DNA from: Octopus vulgaris
Lineage: Eukaryota
DNA length: 64,000 nucleotides
Assembly: GCA_951406725.2 (NCBI GenBank)
Contig: OX597825.1
Span: 74,090,001 to 74,154,000 of the forward strand
Reading direction: 5' to 3'
Shown here one piece after another: positions 1 to 12,322 of the stretch. Under the pieces are notes generated by a model that was not told the DNA's origin, ran no database searches, and saw nothing but the letters and a program-made list of their open reading frames with translations. The translations under genes were made by a program, and so were the position numbers. Each line of letters opens with the position of its first letter. The stretch's first letter is position 1.

Positions 1-11
1 TGTAACAGTGC

Positions 12-100
<89 letters not shown>

Positions 101-120
101 TGATAATAATAATAATAATA
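12..120. repeat. (TAA)n microsatellite
   Basis: Near-perfect AAT run. Confidence 0.98.
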
Positions 121-147
121 CTGTCTTTATTGGCCACAAGGGCTAAG

Positions 148-460
148 GATTATCAGGAGGGTTCTAAGACTGCTGAAAATTTGTGGATTCCTAAGGCTAT
201 AGGTAATAACTCGCTCTCCACATGAATCCTATCAAGAATAAGACCGAACCTGAACCAAACCAAAGTAACAACATCAACAAGAACATCATCATCATCATTA
301 CAAGCAGCAGCAACAATAACAACAACAATAAGGATTTTCAGGAGGGTTCTAAGCACTTGAAAGACTGTTGAAAACTTGTGGATACCTAAGGTTATAGGTA
401 ATAACCCGCTACCCATGTAAATCTCACCAGGAATAAGACCGAACCTGAGCCAAACCAAAA
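148..460 (+). mobile_element. Two tandem 3'-end stubs of an RLE (R4/Dong-like) non-LTR retrotransposon inside trinucleotide microsatellites
   Basis: Diverged duplicated unit of ~120-130 bp (148-~265, 332-~460); the second reads IFRRVLST-stop, like the ILRKVL-stop ORF end of R4-type elements, then a UTR and (AAC)n. Confidence 0.5.
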
Positions 461-479
461 TAACAACAACAACAACAAC

Positions 480-551
<72 letters not shown>

Positions 552-574
552 GAAGAAGAAGAAGAAGAAGAAGA
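461..574. repeat. Compound (AAC)n(AAT)n(AAG)n microsatellite
   Basis: Direct reading. Confidence 0.97.
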
Positions 575-1603
575 AATGCCATGATGCAAAACCAGGCAGT
601 GGCCCTCATGGCTTTTGATCTTAACATGATTTTTCTTGGTATAAGATGGGTTACAGCAAATATCCTGCTCAATACCACATATTTGTTTGTCATTTGCTTG
701 ACCTTTACCCCTATGTCCCTTAGTAGCTGACGATATGTGCATCTCTGATCACGAGCAGGCGTAGTGGGAGAGCATCATTGCGATGTATTGAGAGGAATTC
801 TTTGGAGTTTAAATAATTAATCCCTGGAATCATTGGTGTTTCATTCACCATTCTTAAACTACCTTCAGGTACCTTTTGAACTGAGTGGGCCATTCGACCT
901 GAAGAAATATCTAACTGGGCTCCACCTGGAAGGTCATGCACTATTTATCGTGATATGAAATCCCCATGTCACACACATATGGTTGTGTTATATGTGCTGG
1001 GTTTACCATTATCAGATAGAATAAGCATGATGGGTATATTGGGTTTCAGATACTTGTACTCCAGCGTCACTTTGATGGCATGCAGTGCTCTTTCACTCAA
1101 TCACAACAACAGCAACAACGACGACAATAATAATAATAATTTCTTTATTAGACACGAGGACAAACCTAAGTGCACATAAACTAAGGAATGTACAAGCATC
1201 CACTCCTTTCGAAAGAGAAGCGCTACGCAATCAACCACGGAGGTTCTGCATCGCCACTCGCCCTGTAACCAACCAGAGAAGTTCTACATGATTATTTGCA
1301 CTGCAACCAAATATTTCTCAGATCATAACCGGCCGCCTAAAGGAAAACAAAAACACAGAACAGGTTGGAGTGGCAGTTTATATTCTTAAAGAATGTAATG
1401 GTTACGGCTGGAAAGCCTAACATCATTCGTCTGATGAACCATGTCTAACCTATGTCGAAGCAAACGGAACAACAACAACAATAACAGCAACAAAATCAAC
1501 AGCAATAAGAACGTGGAGCAATATCTGCAGTATGAGAATCTCTGCAATTCTCAAGAATCGAAAACGGGTCAGAAAGTTTGAAAACGTTGCAACTTATATA
1601 TAT

Positions 1604-1814
1604 ATTTCTTACTACCCACAAGGGGCTAAACACAGAGGGGACAAACAAGGACAGACAAACGGATTAAGTCGATTACATCGATCCCAGTGCGTAACTGGTA
1701 CTTAATTTATCGACCTCGAAAGGATGAAAGGCAAAGTCGACCTCGACGGAATTTGAACTCAGAACGTAACGGCAGACGAAATACGGCTAACGTTTCTGCC
1801 AGCTCGCCGCCTTT
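1604..1814 (-). mobile_element. tRNA-derived SINE with Nin/Deu-like domain (family N)
   Basis: Reverse complement of GGCGGCGAGCTGGCAGAAACGTTAGC...GAGTTCAAATTCC...GCCTTTCATCCTTTCGAGGTCGATAAATTAAGTACCAG; flanked by CAACTTATATATAT direct repeats (TSD). Confidence 0.9.
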
Positions 1815-2150
1815 CAACTTATATATATGTTATTTACACACAACAATGGTGGACGAGATTCAGAATGAACGACTAATAACGACGTGTAAAATAGAAATTG
1901 CTTGTTTGAAACACAAAAAGGACAAATATCGTCCTGTTAATTAAGCTTAATAACCACGAACTAATTAAATTATCGTAAAATGCTGAAATCAATAATTAGT
2001 TTTCTTCCAAACCGCCTAAATATATATGCGTTACATTTATCTAAGGAAGTGATATTGCGTCACAAGCGCCAATTACATATGAGCAATTGACTATTGAAAC
2101 CTTCTAACTGACAATATATTCCCACCTTCGCAATCTCGAGCAATCTGTAA

Positions 2151-2497
2151 TACTCTTTTACTTTTTTACTTGCTTCAGTCATTTGACTGCGGCCATGCTG
2201 GAGCACCGCCTTTAGTCGAGCAAATCGATCCCATGACTTATTCTTTGTAAGCCTAGTACTTATTATATCGGTCTCTTTTGCCGAACTCCTAAGTAAACAC
2301 ACCAGCATCCGATGTCAAGTGATGTTGGGGGACAAGCACAAACACAAACACACAGAGATATATATATATACATATACATATATACGACGAGCTTCTTTCA
2401 GTTTCCGTCTACTAAATCCACTCACAAAGGTTTGGTCGGCTCGAGGCTATAGTAGAAGACACTTGCCCAAGGTGCCACGCAGTGGGACTGCAACCGA
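2151..2497 (-). mobile_element. SINE family C (CORE-like, internal microsatellite), head truncated
   Basis: GTGGCACCTTGGGCAAGTGTCTTC CORE-like motif on minus strand; homologous to 28482-28893, 31419-31797, 53243-53674. Confidence 0.88.
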
Positions 2498-2545
2498 AAA
2501 CAAGTGTCAGATTTAACTCAACGAAAATTGTGATGTCCAGTGTAA

Positions 2546-2933
2546 TCTTTATATATAAAAGTGAGGTTGTGTGCTGTCTGTCTCCTACGATTTAGATTCC
2601 TAACTACTCACACATTTTGCGGTGCAGTTTAACCAAAACCGGGTATCTTATAGTCGTGATTCATATCGAGCCCTACTGGGTATTAGCGCGCGTCTACGAT
2701 GAGTCTACGATTTAAAAAAAAATTTACCATCTTTTTTTCCCATTTTTAATGTATTTTTGGCATATATAGGGGAAGTAACTCTCTAAAAATTTATTATTAA
2801 ATCTCAGAACGTAAAAAGCTACAGTAACACCCCCCCCTTTGTGGTTAGCCATATTGAGATGGCTATTATACTTTACATCTCTAAAAATGCTTATATAGTT
2901 ATTTCCCTTACAAACCCGAGCAACGCCGGGCGA
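2546..2933 (+). mobile_element. Non-autonomous Helitron, terminal CTAG lost
   Basis: Starts A|TC, ends with CCCGAGCAACGCCGGG hairpin; homologous to the complete copy at 51509-51798. Confidence 0.8.
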
Positions 2934-3019
2934 AGGGGAAAATCTGATATTATTTCAGATTTTATCTGTAAAATGACTCTTTCAAAGTATAATAATATTA
3001 ATATCAACATTGGTTTTAG

Positions 3020-3218
3020 TACAGGGCCAGCGAGTTTGGGTGAAGGCTTAAGTCGATTACATCGGCCCCAATGCTCAACTGGTACTTATTCTATTGACCC
3101 CGAGAGGGGTGAAAGGTAAAGTCGAGCTCGGCGGAATTTGAATTCAGAACCTAAAGACGGCGAAATGCCGCTAAGCGTTTTGCCCGGCATGCTAACGATT
3201 CTGCCAGCTCACCGCCTT
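3020..3218 (-). mobile_element. SINE family N
   Basis: Homology to other family N copies. Confidence 0.85.
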
Positions 3219-3300
3219 AAACATTGATATTAATATTCCGTGTATTGAAACAGCAGGGAGAATCTATGCATTACAGATATCAGGAGGAAAACGTTATACC

Positions 3301-3541
3301 TATTTCTTTATTACCCATAAGGGGCTAAACACAGAGGGGACGAACAAGGACAGACATAGGTATTAAGTCGATTATATCGATCCCAGTGCGTAACTGGTAC
3401 TTAATTTATCGACCCCGAAAGGATGAAAGGCAAAGTCGACCTCGGCGGAATTTGAACTCACAACGTAACGCAGGCAAAATACCGCTAAGCATTTCGCCCG
3501 GCGTGCTAACGTTTCTGCCAGCTCGCCGCCAATATTTATAT
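3301..3541 (-). mobile_element. SINE family N, full length
   Basis: Complete head and tail; AAAACGTTATACC TSD at 3288-3300 and 3542-3554. Confidence 0.92.
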
Positions 3542-3750
3542 AAAACGTTATACCACTAAGCCGAACATCAGTTAAATTACTGAATATATTAGGTAGCTAA
3601 ACTTGCTGAAGATCTTCCCCACTGGAATCCGATGATATCGCATGGAAATGACATTGGCAAACAGTAGCATTCACTCCGAAGATTAGAGATCTATTTCAAG
3701 AACTAAACATCAAGAATGTTAGAAAAATATACATGTGTGTGTCGGAACTG

Positions 3751-3868
3751 CCGAAGATTTTAGGTCTCAATTAGCTTTAGGTCTCAAAAATCTTCTCACC
3801 GAAGATTTTAGGCCTCAAATATCTTTAGGTCTCTAAAATCTTCTCACCGAAGATTTTAGGCCTCAAAA
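3751..3868. repeat. 48-bp tandem repeat (~2.5 copies), each unit a fold-back
   Basis: CCGAAGATTTTAG recurs at 3751, 3799, 3847; GAAGATTTT...AAAATCTTC inverted within each unit. Confidence 0.9.
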
Positions 3869-6120
3869 CTACGCCGCCCGGTTAATTGTCAAATATTCAT
3901 TTACCTATACAATAAGCATAGTCCTCTTCATATTGACTACTGTACTGATACACTAAAGGTTTCTGTTTACATGAACCTTCAAGGAACATCTCACCGTTAT
4001 ATAATCTTACCTCCACTCCTCCACCATCATTGCTCTGTAACATTCAATTAGCCGTTATTTAATTTTTTCCTACTGAGATGGTTGGCCTCTCAAAGTCTCT
4101 GCATCTGTTGATGTTTATTCATAATAGTCTCAATTTATAAAAAAAAAGACATGTTTAACATTACGTAGCTGTGACTTCATCATTCTGGAATGTCTAAAAA
4201 AGTCGTAGCTACCTCCACTCGTTCTCCGACTACAAAGAAAAATCTACATCAGAGCAATGGAAGGCATTTTAGACTTTAGAAAGCAAAAAGAGTATTGAAA
4301 CAGTAAATCAATTTATTTAATCAATAGCTGTCCTAAGATAACTCGATACATTCGGACTTAGCTTCAAACGTCAAATAAACATCGACACAAACGGAAACGT
4401 ACTGTAATAGCACTAAAGATGGCGGCTACAAAGAATAAAGACAAATCGATACAAACCAAGGTGGTGAATTAGCAGAGTTCTTAGAGTGTTGGGTGAAATT
4501 CCTTTGCGTTAATTAATGCGACGCTCTGAGTTCAATTCCTGGTGAGTTTAACTTTATTTTAACTCGCTTCGATGAAAACCAAAGTTGATAAGAATGAAGT
4601 ACCACTTAAGTATTGTACTTGAACTAAATTTTATCCCTTTCTTTTGTTCTATAAATCATTTATTTGAAGGGACACGAAGTGCGTTCCCGTCATGAACGCA
4701 CTGATATTATGTGGGAAGAACTATGTGAATTACACAAAATAATCTTATAATATAGATATGATGTAACAACACCAGATAGAAAATGTAGCATTAGAAAAAA
4801 TAAGCATTTACTGAAATATCAGAGAGAGAGAGAGAGAGAGATCGTAAAAAGACTTGTTAGAAAAGGTTCAACGTTTGAAGGAAAAAAAAACATGAACGCT
4901 TCTTTAAATAGAAGGAACGATTTATAAGAAGAACGGCGATAACATTATATAGAAGATAAAATAAATCAAACATAATAGATATTAGAATCAGCTCCAAAAC
5001 TAGAAATAGAAATATACTGGGATGAGTTATGAGGAAAATGTCAGCCACAGCAATAACATAAATAAATAAATAATGATAATGGAAGAAATATATTGAAGGA
5101 AAGAGCAGGAAATAGAAGAACAAGAATAACAGAATATATCAAGTGATGAATGAACTTAATGTTGAGAGTAAAGAGTAACAGAAAAACTATAGGAATTTGT
5201 AGATTGTCAGACATTTGACAGAAATATCTTACGAATACACATATGGTATGTCTCTCAATAAACTGATCACGCAACAACGAGCAAGCCTGTGTGTGGTCGT
5301 TAGACATGCTAGAAACAGAAACGACATCTCTTCCATATAATATCTTGTTCTGAATGAAGAACATACAGAATAATGCTGTTATCGTTTCTTATTCTTGCCC
5401 AGGAAGAAAAATGCAGTGGCCATGACCGCTTTTGAGGGTCACTAAGAATGTCGGGAGAAAAAAAAGAAGAAAGGTATTCTCAAACCGCAGACCTGAACTG
5501 AACGCTTGCAACCGAGAGAATTTAGCTAAACACCTCGTGACCCTTGTGATGCAATTAAGCAGAGCAACTAAATAAGTGTACTAAAATTGCGTCAGAACAG
5601 GAGCGCCTTACATATTCTTGGTAGTGAGTTACTTAATAGCCAGTAACAACATCGATCAGAGAAACAAGCAGACTGGTCCATGGAAGGCAGAACAACACTC
5701 ATACCTAGATTAGAAATATAGATTTCAGAAAAAATTATGGATAAATTCAATTTAGTCTTCTAACAATATCATTGCCTCTAAGTTTATTGTTTTATCTGTT
5801 GGAAATGAAAGCAACGCTCCTTTCAAATTACACACTTTCATCTTAGGAAAATACAGAGCTGATATTGTTAAAGAAAATAAGATCACTGGATAGTTAGAGC
5901 TAGAGCGCTTTTGATCAAAGTGTTGCACTAAGGTCTCTAAGAAGGAGGCTCGGCTGGCTCATTGGTGTTGGCGCCAGAAAGCTAAAGAGGGTACATTAAT
6001 ATCTGATGGGAATTTATTAAGAAATAAATATCAGTCACCTTGAAGTTTGAAACAATGCTACCTTCAATATTTACATTATTTACATTTGACGGATATTTGT
6101 CATCTTCTTGTTTGTTGTTA

Positions 6121-6165
6121 ACACAACGTTTCGGCTGATATACCCTCTAGCCTTCATTAGGTGTC
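6121..6165 (-). ncRNA. Type I minimal hammerhead ribozyme motif (one core substitution)
   Basis: ACAC-CTAATGA-A-GGCTAG..TCAGCC-GAAAC-GTT-GTGT. Confidence 0.65.
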
Positions 6166-6244
6166 TTGCCGACGGGCATATGGCGTAGTGGTTAAGAGCG
6201 TGGGCTACTCACACCAAGATACCGAGGTCGATTCCAAGCAGTGA

Positions 6245-6350
<106 letters not shown>

Positions 6351-6433
6351 CATAATAATAACAACAACAACAACAACAACAACATCGAAAAATACCTTAG
6401 GAATGAGATCCCAGGTTAAAAATTTCCCCCCAA

Positions 6434-6478
6434 GACACCTCTTGAAGGCTGGAGGGCATATCAGCCGAAACATTGTGT
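6434..6478 (+). ncRNA. Type I hammerhead motif, degenerate core
   Basis: ACAC-CTCTTGA-A-GGCTG..CAGCC-GAAAC-ATT-GTGT; combined with the inverted copy it points to a CTGATGA/GAAACGTT ancestor. Confidence 0.55.
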
Positions 6479-6838
6479 TAACAATAAACAAGATGAGGAC
6501 AAATATTCGTCAAATGTAAATAATGTAAATAATGTACATAATCTCTCCTCTCTTAAATATAGAACTGTAATACTACCTTCAGTTTTTTTTTTCTAATTAT
6601 TTTTCTCCATCTTGCAAAATTTCTCTCGAAGAACATCATCGGCAAGGCAATTTTGAGGAAGGGAAATATAGACCACGTGCTTCAACCAGGTGTCACTAGG
6701 ATGACGAGTCAGTATGGCAGGGTAGCATGAAACATGTTTTCGCTAATTGTTTTCGGTGAGAATGTCGACGCGAGACAGAGATAAATAGTTTCTTGGTCTG
6801 CTATCTTACCGGCTTGTGGTACTTCTAAAACGTGTCTA

Positions 6839-7103
6839 TTGAAAGGAGGAAGAGAGGGAGAGTTGCAACGGCACCCAGCTAGCATTCATTTTTGAAAGGG
6901 GGAAGAGAGGGAGAGTTGCAACGGCACCCAGCTAGCATTCATTTTTGAAAGGGGGAAGAGAGGGAGAGTTGCAACGGCACCCAGCTAGCATTCATTTTTG
7001 AAAGGGGGAAGAGAGGGAGAGTTGCAACGGCACCCAGCTAGCATTCATTTTTGAAAGGAGGAAGAGAGGGAGAGTTGCAACGGCACCCAGCTAGCATTCA
7101 TTT
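6839..7103. repeat. 53-bp minisatellite, 5 near-identical copies
   Basis: GAAAGG(A/G)GGAAGAGAGGGAGAGTTGCAACGGCACCCAGCTAGCATTCATTTTT starting at 6841, 6894, 6947, 7000, 7053. Confidence 0.97.
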
Positions 7104-7120
7104 AGAGTAGAAATCAGAGT

Positions 7121-7431
7121 GTGGAGGAGCAATGGCCCAGTGGTTAGAGCAGCGGGCGCGGTCGGAGAATCGTGGTTTCGATTCTCAGACCGGGCGTTGT
7201 ATGTGTTTATTGAGCGAATACACCTAAAAGCTCCACGGGGTTCCGGCAGAGGATGGTGATGACCTCTGTTGTACTCTTTCGTCACAACTTTCTCTCACTC
7301 TCTCTTCCTGTTTCTTGAGTAACGATGCGATGGACAGGCGTCCTGTCCAGCTGGGGGGGAAAACACATACGCCACAGAAACCGGGAAATCGGGCTCATGA
7401 GCCTGGTTAGGCTTGAAAAGGGCGAAAAGAA
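7121..7431 (+). mobile_element. tRNA-derived SINE, Meta-like core with tail X
   Basis: A-box TGGCCCAGTGG, B-box-like GTTTCGATTCT; body homologous to 34814, 52086 and 62966 copies. Confidence 0.88.
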
Positions 7432-7834
7432 AGAAATCGAAGTAACGTGAAATGAAGTACTTTGCTCAAGGATATTACACTTCGCCGGATCCAGAAATCG
7501 AACCTACAGATTTATGATCACGAGACGAATACCTTAACCGTTAGGCCAAGCGGCGTCTTAATCAGAAAAAAAAACGACTCATGAAGATATAAAGTAATTT
7601 CCCCTCAGACAATATACTTATTAGCAAAGAATGCAACAGAGCAAATATCACTGAACGCAATCGAGGATGAAAGAGCAGACGGTCACGTTAAATCGAACGA
7701 TTGATGACATCCATCTCCTTCTAACAGATGCAATCCGTGGATCTTCCGTACAACTTACGCATCATGATCTTTACCTTTCACTCGTTTCAGTCACGGGACT
7801 GCAGCCATGCTGGGGCATCGTGTATACGTTCATA

Positions 7835-7843
7835 CATATATAT

Positions 7844-7913
<70 letters not shown>

Positions 7914-7952
7914 ATATATATATATATTAATAAGGAAAACTTATTGTATAGC

Positions 7953-7999
<47 letters not shown>

Positions 8000-8002
8000 C
8001 AT
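7835..8002. repeat. (TA)n microsatellite, interrupted
   Basis: Direct reading. Confidence 0.95.
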
Positions 8003-8752
8003 GCCAAACGCTAAGAGGGACAATTATTTCAAAAAATATTACAATTGAGGGTAAAATTAATTAATTATTAATCAATTTCACCAAGTATTCAGTATGCAAA
8101 GGGACCATTTAAGGCGAATTCAAATTATGACATTATATAAAAGGGCTTAGTAAAATAAATTACTTTGCCACATACTGAACTCATTAGAAATAGTAGCTAA
8201 AAAAAACTTTTTCAAATAAAACTATTTCTAATAGCTTAAGAGAAAATCTCTCTCATATAGTGTTTGCTCAATTCAACTCACGAAAGTATGGGGGTAAAGA
8301 CATCTCTCTCTATTTAATGCTTCGGATTTTACCGAAAAAGCATAGTGTTTACTGATTTTAACCCACGCTGGTGGAAAGGGGAGAGCAGAAATTCTTCGCT
8401 TGCATATTTTGAATTTGCTGGCACTTATAGTTCGAGCAGATCTTCAGAAGCGATAAGAAGCCGAAAGGGTATGCTCCCACTTTCAGTGTTTTCAAATCCA
8501 AACCAAGGAGTTCTGAGCTGACGAAAGAAATGTCGATTTGACTAATCTAGAAACGTACGTTCTCAAATAACCTTTGCATTTGATTTTTTAATGTATTTAC
8601 CCCCATACTTTCGTGAGTTGAATTGAGCAAACACTATATGAGAGAGATTTTCTTTAAGTATTAGAAATAGTTTTAAAAAGTTTTTATAGCTACTATTTCT
8701 AATGAGTTCAGTATGTGGCAAAGTAATTTATTTTACTAAGCCCTTTTATATA

Positions 8753-8755
<3 letters not shown>
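8003..8755. mobile_element. Inverted-repeat element in (TA)n carrying a hammerhead (PLE pLTR-like)
   Basis: ~165-bp arms 8131-8303 and 8591-8754 are reverse complements; both outer ends abut (TA)n. Confidence 0.75.
8514..8565 (+). ncRNA. Type I hammerhead ribozyme motif, intact core
   Basis: TGAG-CTGACGA-stemII-GAAAC-GTAC-GTT-CTCA; 4-bp stem I; palindromic stem III ACGTACGT. Confidence 0.8.
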
Positions 8756-8801
<46 letters not shown>

Positions 8802-8893
8802 TAGGTGAATGAATTATTCTATGTTTATCGCCAGCATGGAAAATTCGAGAGTAAAGGAATTTTGTTAACATCTTCGTTCGACTCCATTCTTTC

Positions 8894-8944
<51 letters not shown>

Positions 8945-8950
8945 AGTATA

Positions 8951-8984
<34 letters not shown>

Positions 8985-9300
8985 ATGCAAAAAACAGTAA
9001 TAATAATAAAATAATAACAGGACATCACAACAGGCATCTTTCGATTGGAGACGAATTGAATTCAGCTGGCGTGTCCGTTTTTCCGTCTTTGTTTCGTATA
9101 TATTCGTAGCTTTTTTTAAAGAAATCTAATGCTCTTAGCTTAGTTTTTCCTTGGGGCTGGCCAGAGTGGAGCAATCTCAAGATTAATCAGCCGAAATTTC
9201 GAGGATGATCCGGTTCTTGACTGAAGATTAAAGGTTTCGATTGACCCGTCCGTGTTTTTTGTATCGTCTTCTGGATGTTTTGCGTTCTTGCCTCATTTTG

Positions 9301-9302
<2 letters not shown>
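8985..9302 (+). mobile_element. Unclassified interspersed repeat ending in (TA)n; second copy at 17535-17700
   Basis: AGCTTAGTTTTT..GGGGCTGGCCAGA..GACCCGTCC..GTATCGTC shared by both loci. Confidence 0.7.
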
Positions 9303-9367
<65 letters not shown>

Positions 9368-9447
9368 TCTATATATATATATATATATATATTGTATTTA
9401 TATATATATATATATTTATATATATATTTGTGCTTTCTTGTTTGGAT

Positions 9448-9496
<49 letters not shown>

Positions 9497-9518
9497 CGGC
9501 GTACGTACACTTTGTTCT

Positions 9519-9565
<47 letters not shown>

Positions 9566-9692
9566 GAATAGGGTGTATAAGGAAACAGCTACGTTGCTAG
9601 AAATAAGAGCTAAATCGCTCTAATGTTGAAGTTAACGCACATGAAATAAAACATGTACATTAACATATACCATAACCGTCCGAAAAGAACCG

Positions 9693-9866
9693 ATAGATAG
9701 ATAGATAGATAGACAGACAGAGAAATCGATCGATAGATACATACATACATACGTACGTACATATATACATACACACACACACATACATATATACATACAT
9801 ACATACATACATATATACATACATACATACATACATACATACATACATACATACATACATACATAC
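9693..9866. repeat. (GATA)n/(CATA)n microsatellite
   Basis: Direct reading. Confidence 0.95.
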
Positions 9867-10527
9867 AGAGACAAATGAAGAAAATATGCCTAGTTTCCAC
9901 CCGCTAAATTCTACTCACGAGGTATTGGACACCTCTAGGCTATGGTAAATGACACGTACCTGAACAACCCTTTAGTTTAATCGACATAGACACGTGAGCT
10001 ACCCTTGGGCTTAAACGCCTTAGACGCGTGCAAATACCTTGACCGCCCAGCGGTAACAACCATTTTAAAATTTTATTTACGACTTAGTTATTTTTCGTGA
10101 TGGCTTGGGAAATACTTAAAATATTTTGTGCTCTACCAGGAATTGGCTTACCGAATAAACATAATGACGTATACATTCATACCTGTCTGTGGAATCTGTC
10201 TTGTATTATAACTTTATTTATGAAGAACTGGTTTTTAATTTCATATTTCTTTCTACCCCCCGCCCCCACCATTTCGTCTGCATTACTTATGAAGTTTTGC
10301 ATTTTTTCTTGGTCTTTCCTAAAAGTTTGTTAGGTCGTCTAGACGTCAATAGTGCGAACACAGGCCCAGTCATGGAGTTAAGAAGTCAGCTTTGCTATCC
10401 TGTGCTTTCTGGTTCAATCTCGGGGTAGTAAACTCTGGAAGTGTCTCAGGGAAACTTTTGGATTCTGGGTTCAGTTTCACTGCGTCATGATTTGGATAAG
10501 TGTCTTTTATTATAGCCATGGGCTTAA

Positions 10528-11468
10528 GGCGGCAAGCTGGCAGAACGTTAGCACGCCGGGCGAAATGCCTTGCGGTATTTCGTCTGCCGCTACGTTCTGA
10601 GTTCAAATTCTGCCGAGGTCGACTTTGCCTTTCATCTATTCGGGGTCGATTAAATAAATACCAGTTAGGCACTAAGGTCGATATAATCGATTTAATCCGT
10701 TTGTCTCTCCTTGTTTGTTCTCTCTGTGTTTATCCCCTTGTGGGCAGTAAAGAAATAGGTATTTCGTCTGCCGCTACGTTCTGAGTTCAAATGCCGCCGA
10801 GGTAGACTTTGCCTTTCATCTATTCGGGGTCGATTAAATAAGTACCAGTTACGCACTAAGATCGATATTATCGACTTAATTCGTTTGTCTCTCCTTGTTT
10901 GTCCCCTCTGTGTTTATCCCCTTGTGTGTAGTAAAGAAATAGGTATTTCGTCTGCCGCTACGTTCTGAGTTCAAATGCCGCCGAGGTAGACTTTGCCTTT
11001 CATCTATTCGGGGTCGATTAAATAAGTACCAGTTACACACTGGGGTCGATATAATCGACTTAATTCGTTTGTCTCTCCTTGTTTGTCCCCTCTGTGTTTA
11101 TCCCCTTGTGTGTAGTAAAGAAATATATATTTCGTCTGCCGCTATGTTCCGAGTTCAAATTCCGCCGAGGTCGACTTTGCCTTTCATCTATTCGGGGTCG
11201 ATTAAATAAGTACCAGTTACACACTGGGGTCGATATAATCGACTTAATCCGTTTGTCCTCTCTGTGTGTAGACCCTTGTGGGTAGTAAAGAAATAGGTAT
11301 TTCGTCTGTCGTTACGTTCTGAGTTCAAATTCCGCCGAGGTCGACTTTGTCTTTTATCCTTACTTTCGGGGTCGATAAATTAAGTACCAGTTGTGTACTG
11401 GGGTCGATCTAATCGACTGGCCCCCCCTTCCTTCCAAATTTCGGGCCTTGTACCTAGAGTAGAAATTT
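10528..11468 (+). mobile_element. Pentameric tandem array of SINE family N
   Basis: One head, then internal units starting at 10574, 10758, 10942, 11126 and 11296 (184-bp period, last spacing 170); final unit has an alternative tail; imperfect TSD TTATAG(CCA/TCC)TGGGCT(T)AA. Confidence 0.92.
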
Positions 11469-12072
11469 TTATAGTCCTGGGCTAACATTTATTTCTGTGC
11501 GACTTTGTGTTTGTCAGTGTCCGTGTGTATGTATGTGATAATCTTCGACTGTGTAGAACGTAACGCGCAAATACATATGTCAGTCGCAGATATCACATAG
11601 ATATCACATAGATAATGCCTAACCCGTCGTAGATACAATATGTCTTATAGAGAAAATTATTAGATATATCTACGTTAGCGTTACAGCATGACATCAACAT
11701 TGTACATTTATACCTAATTACTTCTAACTAATTAAGAAATCGTTAATTACTCTTAGGAACTGAAATGAAATCCACCGATCAGGCAATATGAATGACATCG
11801 ATCCAACTTTAAACAGAGATGCGAGAGCTGCGATAACATTAATTAATCAAGTCGATAACAGTATCGAGAAGAGGGAGTAAACTCTGTTGACTATTGACTG
11901 GGAAGGGACAAATGCTCAGGGTCGCCCTTTGCATGAATTTGTGATAGTAAATATGAATTTAGCTCACGTGATGATATAGAAACGTGGCAAAGTTCATTTA
12001 ATTAAAGTTTACTTCTCACATGAAAAAACGAATTATTAAGAGCAATGGATCTGAAACGGACAAATGCCCACT

Positions 12073-12120
<48 letters not shown>

Positions 12121-12239
12121 TATATATGTATATATATGTGTATGTGTGTGTGTCTGTGTGTATATACATATGTATATATATATGTATATATACGCATTCT
12201 AACAACAGAGTGCAGTCACCGTATTTCATTCCATAACGG

Positions 12240-12322
12240 TTACCACTGAAGAGCGCAGGGTTACATGATCTGACTGTTACAAAACAATCCGTGAAACCGC
12301 TAATGCGAAACCGATTTGTAAG
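12240..12322 (+). ncRNA. Degenerate type I hammerhead motif in an island between (TA)n tracts
   Basis: TACCA-CTGAAGA-GC..GGTTACATG..CGTGAAACC..GC-GAAAC-CG-ATT-TGTA. Confidence 0.45.

Noticed and set aside
6695-6745. ATGACGA...GAAACATGTT hammerhead-like string
   Set aside because: Stems I and II do not pair.
9215-9255. CTGAAGA...CGATTGACCCGTC in the repeat shared with 17620
   Set aside because: No GAAA core in either copy; cannot support a ribozyme call.
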